Source: Mustelus asterias
Lineage: Eukaryota
DNA: 54,859 nt
Reading direction: 5' to 3'
Assembly: GCF_964213995.1 (NCBI RefSeq)
Contig: NC_135817.1
Span: 85,374,001 to 85,428,859 of the forward strand
The notes below the pieces were generated by a model, which searched no databases, was not told the DNA's origin, and saw nothing but the letters and a program-made list of their open reading frames with translations. Shown piece by piece: positions 12,850 through 26,136 of the stretch (the first letter of the stretch is position 1; every line of letters starts with the position of its first letter). The position numbers were made by a program, and so were the translations under genes.

Positions 12850-13630
12850 TATCCTGGGAGTGTTTGATGGGGAAAATGTAGAGGGAGCTTTACTCTGTAT
12901 CTAACCCTGTGCTGAACCTGTCCTGTGTTGTGAGACTTCTTACAATGTTTGATGGTGACAGCGTAGAAGGAGCTTTACTCTTTATCTAACCCCGTGCTGT
13001 ACCTGTCCTGGGAGTGTTTGATGGGGACAGTGTAGAGGGAGCTTTACTCTGTATCTAACCCCGTGCTGTCCCTGTCCTGGGAGTGTTTGATGGGGATAGT
13101 GGAGAGGAAGTTTTACTTTGTATCTAGCCCCTGTGCTGTACCTGTCCTGGGAGTGTTTGATGGGGGTGGGGAGGCAGGGGAGGGGGGGTGGAGACAGTGT
13201 AGAGGGAGCTTTACTCTTTATTTAACCCCATGCTGTAGCTGTCCTGGGAGTGTTTGATGGGGACAGTGTAGAGGGAGCTTTACTCTGTATCTAACCCCGT
13301 GCTGTACCTGTCCTGGAAGTGTTTGACGGGGGCAGTGCAATGGGAGCTTTACTCTGTAACTAACCCCGTGCTGTACCTGTCCTGGGAGTGTTTAATGGGG
13401 ACAGTGCAATGGGAGCTTTACTCTGTAACTAACCCCGTGCTGTAGCTGTCCTGGGAGTGTTTGATGGGGACAGTGTAGAGGGGGCTTTACTCTGTAACTA
13501 ACCCCGTGCTGTAGCTGTCCTGGGTGTGTTTGATGGGGACAGTGCAGAGGGAGCTTTACTCTGTATCTAACCCCATGCTGTACCTGTCCTGGGAGTGTTT
13601 GATGAGGACAGTGTAGAGGGAGCTTTACCC
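12850..13630. repeat. 69-bp tandem repeat (GGGAGTGTTTGATGGGGACAGTGTAGAGGGAGCTTTACTCTGTATCTAACCCCGTGCTGTACCTGTCCT)n
   Basis: About 11 degenerate direct copies with a 69-bp period. Confidence 0.95.
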
Positions 13631-14789
13631 AGGCTCTGAGGGCCTCCTGGCCTACCTGGCCACAGCTGCAGTCTGAGTTTGACCAATGGAGGGATTACCT
13701 GGCAAGAGGAATTTTGAAACTGAAAGGGTTGAAATATTGAAGAGAGGGTTCCTGAACAGTGGGCTGCTGCTTCTCCTGAGCTGGAGGGCCTTCTGTTGGC
13801 CCTGAGCACCACTGCACCATCCCTAATGGAACCGCGTGCCCACCCTCTTACTCATTGGACAATTTTGAAAAAATCACTGCTGGTGTCATTTTCTCACAGT
13901 GTGCAATCTTCTAATCCCTATCTTGACCCTGACATTGGGATCTTGACCCAGAACCCAAAATCCTGCACAAAATCTAGCTTATTCATCTGGGTCTTGGTAT
14001 TATAAAATCTTGTCCCATTTTCACTTAACCACTTACTCCTATGCAGGGATGTGGTGAGTCGGAACCTATCCCAACAGGCATTGGGCATTCAGTAGGGAAG
14101 CATAGTAACGTAACCACATATTATGGATTTTATAGAGAGAGGCTGAAGTGTAAGGGGAGAGAGGCTGAATTTAAGGCAGAGAATTCGACCCCATGGTAGA
14201 AGAGAGTTTGGTTAAAGGCTAAGTCAAATTGAGTGGGGTCCGTCGAACCAGCGAGGGAAGGTGTAAGATGGCGAGGGGTTACTTTGAGAGGGTGGGGCCA
14301 AGGTGGCTGAAACCTCCCACACCAACGGCTGAACATCGCTCGGGAAGATTATGCATGGCATCCCCAAGTTCAAATACAGGGAGGCACAGGCTGAGATATA
14401 GGGCTGAGGGAGAGGGTAGAGTCTGTCAGTGCCACAAAGCTGTGGGAGTGGAATTTTGGATTTGATGCTTCATAGCCAGGAAGCCAGTGGAGATGTATGA
14501 GGAACTGGCCTCTGCTGGACTCTCTGGCCTCCTGACCCAATTTCCCCTATTTGTCCTGGCAACTAAAAAAGATGGAACTACTGATATCTCTCAGCTTTGT
14601 TATCCCCAAGCGAACGAAGGCTTTTAAAAGCCCCTGGTCAGTACTTCGCGATTTAACTCTTCAGTTTTGTTGAAGGATCCAGTTGGACCCAAGATACTTC
14701 ACCTCACGGACAGGAGGAGGCCATTCACCCCCTCTGTCTGTTCTGCCAATCAAGTTCATGGCTGACGTGTATCTCACCTTCATTTAGCT

Positions 14790-15580
14790 ATCATGCTTCT
14801 TCACTCAACAATTTCTCCTTTAACCCATCTCACTTCCTCCAAATAAAAGGTGACTATGGCTCCCTGTCTCTTTATGGGTTATGTGGAGCATTCCCTGTTC
14901 CAGTCCAACTCCACCTCCCCCCCCCCCCCAATCCCACAACTCCTTTATTGGTACAGCGACGACTATTTTGGTGCCACTTCATGCTCTCTTCTGGACTTGG
15001 AAAAATTTATCAGTTTTGCTTCCAATTTCCACCCCTTCCACCCCACCTTCACATGGTCCATCTCTGACACTTCTCTTCCTTGACCTCTCTGTCTCCATTT
15101 CTGGTGATAAACTGTCCACCAGTATCCATTACAAACCCACCGACTCCCACAACTACCTTGACTACAGCTCTTCACACCCCACATCCTGTAAGGACTCCAT
15201 CCCATTCTCTAAGTTCTTCGTTTCCGCCCCATCTGTTCTGATGATGCCACTTTCCATAGTAATACTGCCATTTTGTCTTCCTTCTTCCTTAATCGCGGTT
15301 TTCCACCCACTGTGATTGACAGGGCTCACAACCGCGTCCAACCCATCCCCCAGACCACTGCTCTCACCCCCTTCCCTCCCTCCCAAAACCAGGATAGAGT
15401 CCCCCTTGTCCTCACTTTTCACCGCACCAGTCTCCACATTCAAGGATCCGTCCACTCAGCATGACGGCACTACCCAAGACTTTCCCCTCACCCCCCCTGT
15501 CAGCGTTCCACAGGGACCGCTCTCTCTGGAATACCCTGGTCCACTCCTCCATCACGCCCAACACCTCTTTCCCCACAGGT
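14790..15580 (+). mobile_element. Penelope-like retroelement fragment (RT C-terminal region), frameshifted
   Basis: FLDLSVSISGDKLSTSIHYKPTDSHNYLDYSSSHP..CKDSIPFS and FFLNRGFP motifs in different frames. Confidence 0.85.
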
Positions 15581-17106
15581 GGTGTCAGACCTGCTGAGAG
15601 TTTCCAGTATTTTCTGCTTATGCTTCTGCACCCATTGGCATCATTACCCAACAAAAATCTAATTCACCAAACCTCATGTTTCTCAATGGAAACAAGATGA
15701 GTTCATTCCACCTGGGGTGGGGATGTGGAACTCTCCCGAGGCATTGACAACAACCGACAGGAATAGGTAGCATCAGGGGCTCCCAAGTTCACAGTAATTT
15801 GGAGCAAGTTCAAAACTCCCACATTAGTTAGCAGCAGTGACAGAGACGCGCACTGACAGAACTGCACAGGAGAACTGCCACATTAGTTGCCTTTTCTCGG
15901 TGAGAAATCTTTTAGCAGTCTCCTGTTGTTGGTTAGAAGGGTGATTGTGAGAGGTTCTGCAGAAGGGTTAATGAAAGGAGCCATGTTGTTGAATGATGAC
16001 CTGTTTTGAACCGACTGGAGAATACAGGACTGTAGTGACATGCCCAACAGCCCCCTTCAATAGCCACAGGACCCCCAGCAGAGAGGCTGCCTGAGACAAT
16101 GAGGCAGCAGATTCCCCTTTGGGAAACAAACACCCGGTAGTGATTTTCCCCAAATTGGCCAAATGCAGAATTGTTACAGCTCAGAAGGAGGCTCTTTGGC
16201 CTGCCACATCTGTACTAGCTCTCTGGAATGAACAATCCACCCCGTGCCATTCTCCAACCCCCCATTAATCCTGCACATTCTTTCCTTGCCAATAATGATC
16301 TAACTCCCGCTTGAATGCCTCAACTGAATCTGCCTCCACTGCACTCTCAGACCAGATCCTAACCATTCACTGTGTGAAAATGTTTTCCTCATGTCTCCAT
16401 TGCTTCTTTTGTCAATTATCTTAAATCGGTGCCCTCTCATTTGTTGCCTTTAAAGGATAGTGTGTCATACGATCCAGTTTTGGTTACACTTTTGCCTTTC
16501 AACGAAGCACACACGCACACAGCTCTGCTACTGAAGTCTTCAAGTTTTCTACCTCGGTATATCTGTTCTGATATGCCTAGTTTGAATAAATGAACCCACA
16601 GCGTATCTACACAATCCCTTAGGAGCGATTGGTGTTTTTATCATTATAACATAACACATAATTCACAATCTTAGTGGCCAGATGGTGGCTTCACTGTCCA
16701 ATTCCGGCCGCTGGGCAGGTTTTTGAAGCTGTAAGGCCAATCAAAAGCCCATAGACAATGAGTAAACAGCACACGTCCTTTTCAAGTCAGAGAGAGAGAT
16801 GACGCCTCAAGATGCAGGCATATCTCTCCAATCTTTTAAGCCTTAAAATAAAAATGCCTTTCGCTTTCGGGCTACCTGAGGAGGGGGAGCCCGAGCACAG
16901 ATAGACTTGCGGCCACAGCTCAGTCCAGGCAGATGGTGAAGGCTCAAAGCCTGCCTGGAGTACTGCCCCATTCTAGTGAGAGGCTGTCTCCAGACAGCTG
17001 GCCAACTTCCCAGGGTACCGGAGGTTAAAGCCATCTCTCCCGCTCTCTTGCTCCTGCAGGGAAGAGTAATCTGTGGCTGGTAGTGTACCAGTGATGGTGT
17101 ATCCCT

Positions 17107-17261
17107 TTACAGGCCCAGCTTGGTCCTTCTCCAGTGTCTCCTCTTGGACTTGTACTGATCTTGTAGCCGGTTTTCATGCGGATCCACTGTGGAATCAGCC
17201 GGTTCTGCTTCATCTTCTTAGCGAGGAATCGCTTCATTCTGAAGGTTTTGTGGGATGGCAT
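17107..17261 (-). pseudogene. RPL39: RPL39 (60S ribosomal protein L39) processed pseudogene
   Basis: [35 protein letters not shown] then, after a 1-nt deletion, [15 protein letters not shown]; intronless; 155 nt versus 156 expected. Confidence 0.93.
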
Positions 17262-18328
17262 GGCCGCACGTCCACTCCGGCAGGAGGGATTCGTTCCTCC
17301 GGTGGGGAGGAGGGATCGGCCGCAGACTGGCAGCGGACCCCCCCTCCCCCCCCGACTAGAGGATGATCTGGGTGTCCCCCGCACCCCCCGGCCAGAGGAT
17401 GACCGTCAGAGAGCCGCTCTCTCCACTTTCTGCTTTTTTTTTCGTGCCCTGGCGCGCTCTGTCAGATTTTTTTGAACTGCGCATGCGCAGTTCAGAGTTC
17501 CGATCGGTCCGCCAGCACTAAGCCCTGCCCACAGCGCGAATCGGACCGGAGCCGGCAAAACGCGTATGGGCGCGCTGGAAAGAGGATTCCAGGTGCGGAT
17601 CTATTTGATGCCCGGATTCAGCACTTAGACTGAAAATGATAAAATCAGGCCCTAACTATTTAACTGAAAATAGACACTACCGAGTTTAGGAAAACCTTGG
17701 CCAAGAAAAATCCTCGATGTAGAATCTATCTTCTTGTTCTCTGAAGCATCCTTCAGGGTTCAGGGCTTGTTGCGATGGTTGGTCTCTTCAAGTTATCGCT
17801 GGCAAACAAAGGCTCACATGTCTCTTTATCCACAATTCTCCACTGGCTTCTGGAAGATTCTTTGTCATCCAGCCAACTGTGTAATCAGAAACTGATCACT
17901 TTGCTTGAACATCCAATGAAATTACTTGCAAACGACGCCATTATGCTTAGTTCATTTGACATGTCCCATACATAATAGCCATAAAAATCAGAGACGCAAT
18001 GTCTGAGTCAATGTAAGCAACTTCCCTTACCTGCCAACACTTCAGATCACAGCACTCAGACCAGAGCCTCTTTATGACCTGCATCTGGTTTCAATCTATA
18101 AATTGACCAAAAATCCCAGCATGCTTAGCTCTTAGCCAGATTAGCCATTTTAAAGCCACTATTGCCATTATTGTTGTTAAATTATTGTTGCAGCCATTTT
18201 TTCTGCGTCCACAAAGAGCTGATATTTTTATCGTGAATTCTCCACTTTCCCCCAGTTATTTTCCTAATTCTTGGAGTTCACACCTGTGCATCTTCATGCC
18301 AAACATGTGTTCACTCATCATCAGTGAT

Positions 18329-18618
18329 TCGTTGTAGTGTTTTAATGGTTTGCGGAGGAGTAGGAGCGTTTGGTACATACAGGGTTAATGTGGACTGACT
18401 GTGGTACCGCCCACACAGTGATGAAAGAAGGCACATGACCCAGACCTAGGGTCAGCATGGTATTGGCCAGACGCATGTTATGACCAAGGATGGAGCTTGC
18501 TCTATGCTTCTACTCTTTACTGTATATTTATATATAGTTACAAGTCATTAATAAAGACTTGCTACGAACATACAGAAAACTACAAAGACTTTGTGAACAG
18601 ACAGGTCTGTACCCAACA
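18329..18618 (+). mobile_element. Probable solo LTR
   Basis: (T)GTTG...CAACA termini, internal TATA-like and AATAAA signals, about 290 bp. Confidence 0.4.
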
Positions 18619-19104
18619 CATTCCTGACAGGTCAGGGGTTGAGTTTGGTCTCTAAGATACACAGGTATGTATCCGAGTCTTTACCATTTGTGACTGTCGA
18701 AGTCTTTACCGTTAGTGTGTATCTGAATCTTTGCCATTATACATATCTAAATCTATGCTGTCAGTGCTATCCAAATCTGTGCCATTTTGCCAGCGAATGA
18801 AAACAATTATTGTCTCTTTGCCCTCGTAAAAACTTTTGGAATTTTGAGGAACTTTAAAACCTGAATTATGCTTCAATATGCATTTAATGCATTCATGTTG
18901 TGTTCAAAGGTCTAAAATCTGCTGCCTGTGTCTTAACTCAATTCCCCTCTCACCCGCAGAAATACTTGGGCTTCTAGTCAAGCAATGTCTCAATCTTTAA
19001 ATTCTCATCCTTGTTTTCAAATTTGTCTCTGGCCTCATCCCTCCCTATCTGTGTCGTCTCCTCCAACCTCACAATGTTGGTCTTCATCCCAAAATGATTT
19101 GAGT

Positions 19105-19630
19105 TCAGAAGTAGGGATGTCTTACTAAAGTTATACATGGCCTTGCTGAGGCCACTACTGGAGTATTGAGTGCAGTTTTGGTCTCACTACTTAAGAAAGA
19201 ACATACTTGCCACAGAGGGAGTGTAACAGAGATTCACTAGGGTGATGCTGGGACTGGCAGGACTGTCCTGTGAGGAGAGATTGGTTCAACTGGGCCTGTA
19301 TTCACTAGAGTTTAGAAGGATGCGATGTGATCTGATTGAAACATAAAATTCCAACAGGGCTGGACAGACTAGATGCAGGCAGTTTGTTTTCCCTGGTTGG
19401 GGAATCTAGAATCAGGGGTCACAGTCTCAAGATATGGAGTATCAAGACAAGGCCCTATGTAAACCATTTAATACTGAGACGAGGAAAGATTTCTTCACTC
19501 AGAGATTGGTTAACCTGTGGAACTCTGCACCACAGAGGCTGTAGAGACCAAGTCACGGAAAGTATTCATGAACGAGATAGACTTTTTTTTAGATTTTAAT
19601 GGCATCAAGGGAGTAGACAAGTACATGGGG
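19105..19630 (+). mobile_element. Degraded CR1 3' fragment
   Basis: LYxALLRPLLEY..QFWS-like and LDRLDAGSLFSLVGESRIRGHSLKI segments. Confidence 0.8.
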
Positions 19631-19821
19631 GAAAGAAATGGTTATGATTTTTAAGTTTGTTTGTGGGTGTTTTTGGCTGGGACAGCATTTATTGTCCATC
19701 CCTAATGGACCTTGAGAAGGTGGTGGTGAACTGAATTTTAGGTACACCCACAGTGCTGTTAGGGAGGGAGTTCCAGGATTTTGACCCAGCGACAGTGAAG
19801 AAATGGCAATATATTTCCAAG

Positions 19822-20122
19822 TCACGGTGGCACAGTGGTTAGCACTGCTGCCTCACAGTGCCAGGGACCCGGATTCAATTCCGGGCTTGGGTCACTGTCT
19901 GTGCGAAGTCTGTACATTCTCCCTGTGTTTGCATGGGTTTCCTCTGGGTGCTCCGGTTTCCTCCCATGGTCCAAAAGACATGCTGGTTAGATGCATTGGC
20001 CATGCTAAATTCTCCCTCAGTGTACCCGAGGCACCGGGGTGTGCCGACTTGGGGATTTTCACAGTAACTTCATTGCAGTGTTAATGTAAGCCTACTTGTG
20101 ACACTAACAAATAAAATTTAAA
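19822..20122 (+). mobile_element. V-SINE (alternative tail)
   Basis: GGTGGCACAGTGGTTAGCAC head, V-domain, AT-rich tail. Confidence 0.85.
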
Positions 20123-20798
20123 TGTCAGGATGGTGAGTGACTTGGTGGGATCATAGGTTTCGATGAGAGGAGGCCCTGGTGGAGCATAAACAGCAGCATG
20201 GGCTGGATGGGGTGTAATGGCCTATATGCGTGCCCTCCATCCTGTGTAATTCCGTGGGGGGGGGTCCCAGCATGGATTGCTGTCAATGGGGATACGGATA
20301 CTGAAGACAGGGGCAAGGTGAAAGCGAGACATTTTGTCTTGGGACATTTTACTGCGTTGTTGGAGTCATCTCCTCGTTATTCCAGTATGCCCAAGCTGTA
20401 AGCGATTCCATCTTCTGTGGGTCCTCTCATGATTCATTTCCAAGCACTAGAGTAAAGGCTCTATGTAAATGCAAGTTGTTGTTGATGATGATGCTGCAAA
20501 ATGAGACGAGGTTGGACAAAAATAATTGCACTGTGGCATTGGACAACCAATTTTAAAGCAATCAAGAGAATCCAAGCTAAGCATCCATATTTGCATAAAA
20601 TTCCCACATTTTGTAATGTGTTTTTCCACAATACAAAGATAACACAGCACTGCTCTCACACTGCTCTACTTCCACAACCAACACGTTCAGACTGATGTTC
20701 AGTGATGCATTTGGCTGTTTTAAACCTGCTTTGCTGGCTTTGTTTGGCTTTCCATATTGGGGAATATAGGTACAGGACCACGGCAGGACATGAGATTT

Positions 20799-21140
20799 AG
20801 GGAGGCAGTGGCATAATGGTAATGTCACTGGACTCGTAATCCAGCGACCCAGGGTAATGCTCTGGTGACCGGGTTCAAATCCCACCACGGCAAATGGTGG
20901 AATTTGAACGCAATAAAAATCTGGAATTAAAAGTCTAACGGTGACCATGAAACCATTGTCGATTATTGTAAAAATCCATCTGGTTCACTGATGTCCTTTG
21001 GGGAAGGAAATTTGCCGCCCTGACCCAGTCGGGCCTACATGTGACTCCAGACCCAGAGCAATGTGGTTGATCCTCGAGAGCAATTAGGGATGGGCAATAA
21101 ATACGGCCAGCCAGCGACACCCCCCATGTCCCATGTAAAA
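20799..21140 (+). mobile_element. Second tRNA-headed SINE family (other copies at about 25430-25865, 26935-27600, 38850-39275, 44845-45333 on the minus strand)
   Basis: B-box GGTTCAAATCC; conserved body GATGACCATGAAACCATTGTCG...GGAAGGAAATCTGCC in five copies. Confidence 0.75.
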
Positions 21141-21147
21141 ATGGACG

Positions 21148-21412
21148 GCCCGGCGGCACAGTGGTTAGCACTGCTGCCTCGCAGCACCAGAGATCCGGAC
21201 TCAATTCCCAGCTTGGATCTGTGTGGAGTCTGCACGTTCTCCCCGTGTCTGCGTGGGTTTCCTCCGGGTGCTCCAGTTTCCTCTCACAGTCTGAAAGACG
21301 TGCTGGTTGGGTGCATTGACTCAAACAGGCGGCGGAGTGTGGCGACTAGGGGGATTTCACAGTAACTTCATGCAGTGTAAGCCTCACTTGTGACTAATAA
21401 ATAAACTAACTT
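21148..21412 (+). mobile_element. V-SINE (alternative tail)
   Basis: tRNA head, V-domain, tail. Confidence 0.85.
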
Positions 21413-21583
21413 AAAAAGAATCAAATACTGCTCAGTTGGAGAATAAAGCAAGCAGGGTCAGGATGGGCTGAACAGTCTCATTCCATGCTGTAGCATCTGT
21501 ATCCTGTCAGACTGTTCCATCCAGCTCCTACATTTGGTCCCATCACAAATCTTGTCATTAAATACTTTACTGCTGCGAGACTT

Positions 21584-21850
21584 CTCCCCTGGGTTGAGTG
21601 ATGACAGGTGAGAGAGAAGGATAGGCCACAGGGCTCTGGGTAAAGCTATTCCCCAAACTCCAAACTGGTTTCAGGAACAAAACACACTTGCACAAACAAG
21701 CCGGTATCACGGAGTGCGAGCAGAACCTCGTTTTCTCTCTCTCCCTCTCACTCTCTCAGGCAAGACCTACAGCAGTGGGTGTGAGACAAACCATCCAAAC
21801 CTCTTGCTGCCGACTTCAGACCTTGTTTTAGAGGGCGTTTCCATAGCAAC
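21584..21850 (+). promoter_or_regulatory. Unit 1 conserved promoter block with RFX X-box
   Basis: CTCCCCTGGGTTGAGTGATGACAGGTG, TATTCCCC, AGGAACAAAACAC, CAAGCCGGTATCAC; GTTTCCATAGCAAC at 21837-21850. Confidence 0.65.
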
Positions 21851-21865
21851 GTAAAACGAGGAGCC

Positions 21866-22043
21866 ATGTGGCGGTGGCGGTACAGGGAAGTATTTAACAC
21901 CTACTTCGAGGTGCAGATGTGCTGTGAAATGTTCAAGGTCGCTCCCCTGATTAAACCCGTGAATCGTCCAGTGCTAAAACTGAGAGACAGGGTGGCTGGC
22001 ACGGAACCAGCAGTCAGCACTGTGCCACCGTTCGATAACACAG
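21866..22043 (+). CDS. Variable first exon, unit 1 (type A): MWRWRYREVFNTYFEVQMCC...STVPPFDNT|G
   Basis: GGAGCCATG start, 59 codons plus 1 nt, donor CAG|GTAACT; paralogous to the other units. Confidence 0.8.
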
Positions 22044-22519
22044 GTAACTCATTGTCTCGTGCTTCTGCTGCCTTCCTGTGGTGTGTCGATAATTGCTGGT
22101 CTGCCAAAATGTCCTCTAACCCTCGCTCCTGTCTGTTCAAGTTGATGGGGAAGATTGCACAGCTAGCTAGCCAAAGGACCTGTGATACCTCGCACATGTT
22201 GGTTAATTTTAGTGCGTGAGGCAAAGTATGTGTTGACAGGCTGTTTTCCCCACAGCGAGAAGCATAGCAGAACCTGAGTATATGTCTCCATCCAGCCTCC
22301 ATACATGTGCACCATCCAGTAGAGGTCACTGGATCACAATCGGAAGTGAGATATTTAGATATTTTCCTCTAACTTTGCCAGCGCAGAAAGTTCACAACCA
22401 TTTTCACACCCCAGTTATTGCCCAGTGAACCCTCGGACCGTGCATCGATTTGTAGACCTCTAACTCATGCAGTGCCTTCCTTACGTGACCTCAGGATGTC
22501 TCAATGAGTTACTCTTGAA

Positions 22520-22702
22520 TAAAAGCAAAATACTGCGGATGCTGGAATCTGAAACAAAACCAGAAAGCGCTGGAAAATCTCAGCAGGTCTGACAGCATCT
22601 GTGGAGAGAGAACAGAGCCAATGTCCATCCTGATCGAAACATTGGCTCTATTCTCTCTCCACAGATGCTGTCAGACCTGCTGAGATTTTCCAGCATTTTC
22701 TG
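22520..22702. mobile_element. Palindromic Penelope terminal-repeat fragment (second family)
   Basis: Long inverted repeat GCTGGAAAATCTCAGCAGGTCTGACAGCATCTGTGGAGAGAGA and its reverse complement. Confidence 0.7.
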
Positions 22703-22786
22703 TACGTACTCTTGAAGTGTGGTCACTGCTGTAAGATAGCAAACATGACAGCCAATTTCTGCATAGCAAGCTCCCACAAACAGCAG

Positions 22787-23180
22787 ATAAAGAACAAAGA
22801 AAATTACAGCACAGGAACAGGCCCTTTAGCCCTCCAAGCCTGCACCGACCATGCTGCCCGACTGAACTAAAACCCCCTACCCTTCTGGGGACATTATCCC
22901 TCTATTCCCGTCCTATTCATGTATTTTTCAAGATGCCCCTTAAAAGTCACTACCGTATCCACTTCCGCTACCTCCCCCGGCAATGAGTTCCAGGCACCCA
23001 CTACTCTCTATGTAAAGAACTTGCCTCATACATCTCCTTTAAACCTTGCCCCTCGCACCTTAAACCTATGTCCCTTAGTAATTGACTCTTCCACCCTGGG
23101 AAAAAGCTTCTGACTATCCACTCTGTCCATGCCCCTGATAATCTTGTAGACTTCTATCAGGTCGCCCCTCAACCTTCGTC
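22787..23180 (-). mobile_element. CR1 3' end
   Basis: AAAGAACAAAGA tail and CR1 C-terminal coding remnants on the minus strand. Confidence 0.8.
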
Positions 23181-23409
23181 AATCAAGCTATTTTCAAGCT
23201 CAAGCTCCATTAATCAAGCTATTTTCGTAACATTGGTTGTGAAATAAGAACCACCAGAAATAACTCCTTTAATAATAAAGAAGGAAGATTGGCATTCATA
23301 CAGGGCTGTTCATGACCACTGGATTTATGAAATCCTACAGTGCAGAAGGAGGCCATTCAGCCCATCGAGTCTGCATCGACCATAATCCCATCCAGGCCCT
23401 CTCCCCATA

Positions 23410-24840
23410 TTGCTGATGTGGTTCCTATTTTCAAGAAGGGGAATAGGGATAGCCCAGGAAATTACCGACTGGTGAGTCTAACCTCAGTGGTTGGTAAGCT
23501 GATGGAGAAGATCCTGAGAGACAAGATTTATGAGCATTTAGAGAGGTTTAATATGCTCAAGGATACTCAGCATGGCTTTGTCAAAGGCAGATCATGCCTT
23601 TCGAGCCTGGAGGAGTTCTTCGAAAATGTGACTAAACACATTGACGAAGGGAAGGCGGTAGATGTGGTTTATATGGATTTTAGCAAGGCGTTCGATAAGG
23701 TCCCCCATGCAAGGCTTCTCGAAAAAGTGAGAGGGCATGGGATCCAAGGGGCTGCTGCCCTGTGGATCCAGAACTGGCTTGCCCAAAGGAGGCAGAGAGT
23801 GTGTACAGATGGGTCTTTTTCTAATTGGAGGTCGGTCACCAGTGGTGTGCCCCAGGGATCTGTTCTGGGACCCTTGCTGTTTGTCATTTTCATAAATGAC
23901 CTGGATGAGGAAGTGGAGGGATGGGTTGGTAAGTTTGCTGACGACACGAAGGTTGGTGGGGTTGTGGATAGTCTGGAGGGATGTCAGAAGTTACAGAGGG
24001 ACATAGATAGTATGCAAGACTGGGCGGAGAAGTGGCAGATGGACTTCAACCCAGATAAATGCGTAGTGGTCCATTTTGGCAGGTCGAATGGGATGAAGGA
24101 GTACAATATAAAGGGAAAGACTCTTAGTACGGTAGAGGATCAGAAGGACCTTGGGGTCCGGGTCCATAGGACTCTAAAATCGGCCCCGCAGGTGGAGGAG
24201 GTGGTTAAGAAGGCATATGGTGTGCTAGCCTTTATCAATCGAAGGATTGAGTTTAGAAGTCCGGGGATAATGATGCAGCTATATAAGACCCTCGTCAGAC
24301 CCCACTTGGAGTACTGTGCTCAGTTCTGGTCACCTCATTACAGGAAGGATGTGGAAAAGATTGAAAGGGTGCAGAGGAGATTTACAAGGATGTTGCCAGG
24401 ATTGAGTGGCATGCCTTATGAGGATAGGCTGAGGGAGCTCGGTCTTTTCTCCTTGGAGAGACGTAGGACGAGAGGAGACCTAATAGAGGTATATAAGATG
24501 TTGAGAGGCATAGATCGGGTGGACTCTCAGAGGCTTTTTCCCAGTGTGGAAATGGCTGCTACGAGAGGACACAGGTTTAAGGTGCTGGGGGGTAGGTACA
24601 GGGGAAATGTTAGGGGGAAGTTTTTCACACAGAGGGTGGTGGGCGAGTGGAATCGGCTGCCGTCAGTGGTGGTGGAGGCAAACTCAATAGGGTCTTTTAA
24701 GAGACTCCTGGATGAGTACATGGGACTTAATAGGATGGAGGGTTATAGGTAGGCCTAAAAGGTAGGGATATGTTCGGTACAACTTGTGGGGCCAAAGGGC
24801 CTGTTTTGTGCTGTAGCTTTCTATGTTTCTATGTTTCTAT
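23410..24840 (+). mobile_element. 5'-truncated CR1 LINE with open RT ORF, nested inside a V-SINE
   Basis: PIFKKG..NYRLVSLTS, DFSKAFDKVPH, GVPQGSVLGP, FADD motifs; ORF to 24752; TTCTATGT tail; SINE halves on both sides. Confidence 0.95.
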
Positions 24841-24996
24841 AATCCCTTTACCTTAGCTTGTTACCCCTGACACTAAGGGGCAACTTAGCAAGGCCAATCC
24901 ATCTAACCCGCACATCTTTGGATTGTGGGAGGAAACCGGAGCACCTGGAGGAAACCCACGCAAACACAGGGAGAATGTGCAAACTCCACACAGACA

Positions 24997-25173
24997 TGAT
25001 GTGGGGATGCCAGCGTTGGACAGGGGTGGGCACAGTAAGAAGTCTCACAACATCAGGTTAAAGTCCAACAGGTTTATTTGGTAGCACGAGCTTTTGGAGC
25101 AGCGCTCTGAAAGTTCGTGCTACCAAATAAACCTGTTGGACTTTAACCTGGTGTTGTGAGACTACTTACTGTG
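24997..25173. mobile_element. Palindromic Penelope-derived element inserted in a SINE
   Basis: Inverted repeat; 12-bp TSD TCCACACAGACA (24985-24996, 25174-25185). Confidence 0.75.
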
Positions 25174-26136
25174 TCCACACAGACAGTGACCCAAGCCGGC
25201 ATTCGAACTTGCACCCCTGGCACTGTGAGGCAGCAGTGCTAACCACTGTGTCACCATGCCGCCCCAAGCACTATTTAACAGTATTGGGCGGGAATCTCTG
25301 ATCTTGTCTGTACCGGTCCCGTTGCCAGCGAGAATTTGGCGCTCACCCAAAACTCCTTTCACTGCAGCGGGACCGAAGAATCGCAGCCACAGATGAGTGC
25401 AGAGGTTCTCTGAGATTATTTCACAGCATGCGGCCGCCACTGGCGAGGGCAGCATTTATTGCCCCTTCCTAATTGCCCTTGAGAAGCTGCTGGTGAGTCA
25501 TCTTCTTGAACAGGTGTTGTCCACATGGGTGTAGGTACGCCCACAGTGCTGTTCATTCCTTAAGCAGAGTTGGACACAACTCAGGGTCTTGCTGGGCCAT
25601 TCCAGAGAGCAGTTGAGAGCCACATTGCTGTGGGCCTGGAGTCACATGCAGGCTAGATGGGGTAAGGACGGCAGACGCAGGTGAATCAGATGGGTTTGGC
25701 CAACAATAGTTTCATGGTCACCATTACTGATGATTTTCCAGATTAATGCATGGAATTTAAACTCCCATCAGTTGCCATGTTGGGATTTGAACCCAGGGCC
25801 CTGGAGTATTAGCCTGAGGCTCTGAATTACTCATGCAGTAACATTGCCACGATACCACCGCCTCCACCTAAATTGGATTCACAGCCAAGAAAGTACTTTT
25901 GTGAAGTGTAGACTATTGTAAGGTAGGAAACATGACAACCGAGTTGCACACAGCAAGATCCCATAATCAGCAATGTAATAATGGAGAGATAGCCTGTTTA
26001 TGGTAATATTGGTTGAGGGATAAATATTGGCCAGGATGCTGAGTAGAACACCCCCGCTCTTCTTTGCAATAACAGCCTTTGATCATTTACAGCCATGTCA
26101 GAGATCGGAATGGGCCTCCGTTTACTATCTCAGTTT

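Noticed and set aside
12850-13630. Regular repeats that might suggest a CRISPR-like array
   Set aside because: Head-to-tail 69-bp units with no unique spacers, in vertebrate DNA.
23340-24752. 470-aa reverse transcriptase ORF as a host or domesticated gene
   Set aside because: A 5'-truncated CR1 ORF2 whose apparent N-terminus comes from the flanking SINE; a close sister copy lies at 40295.
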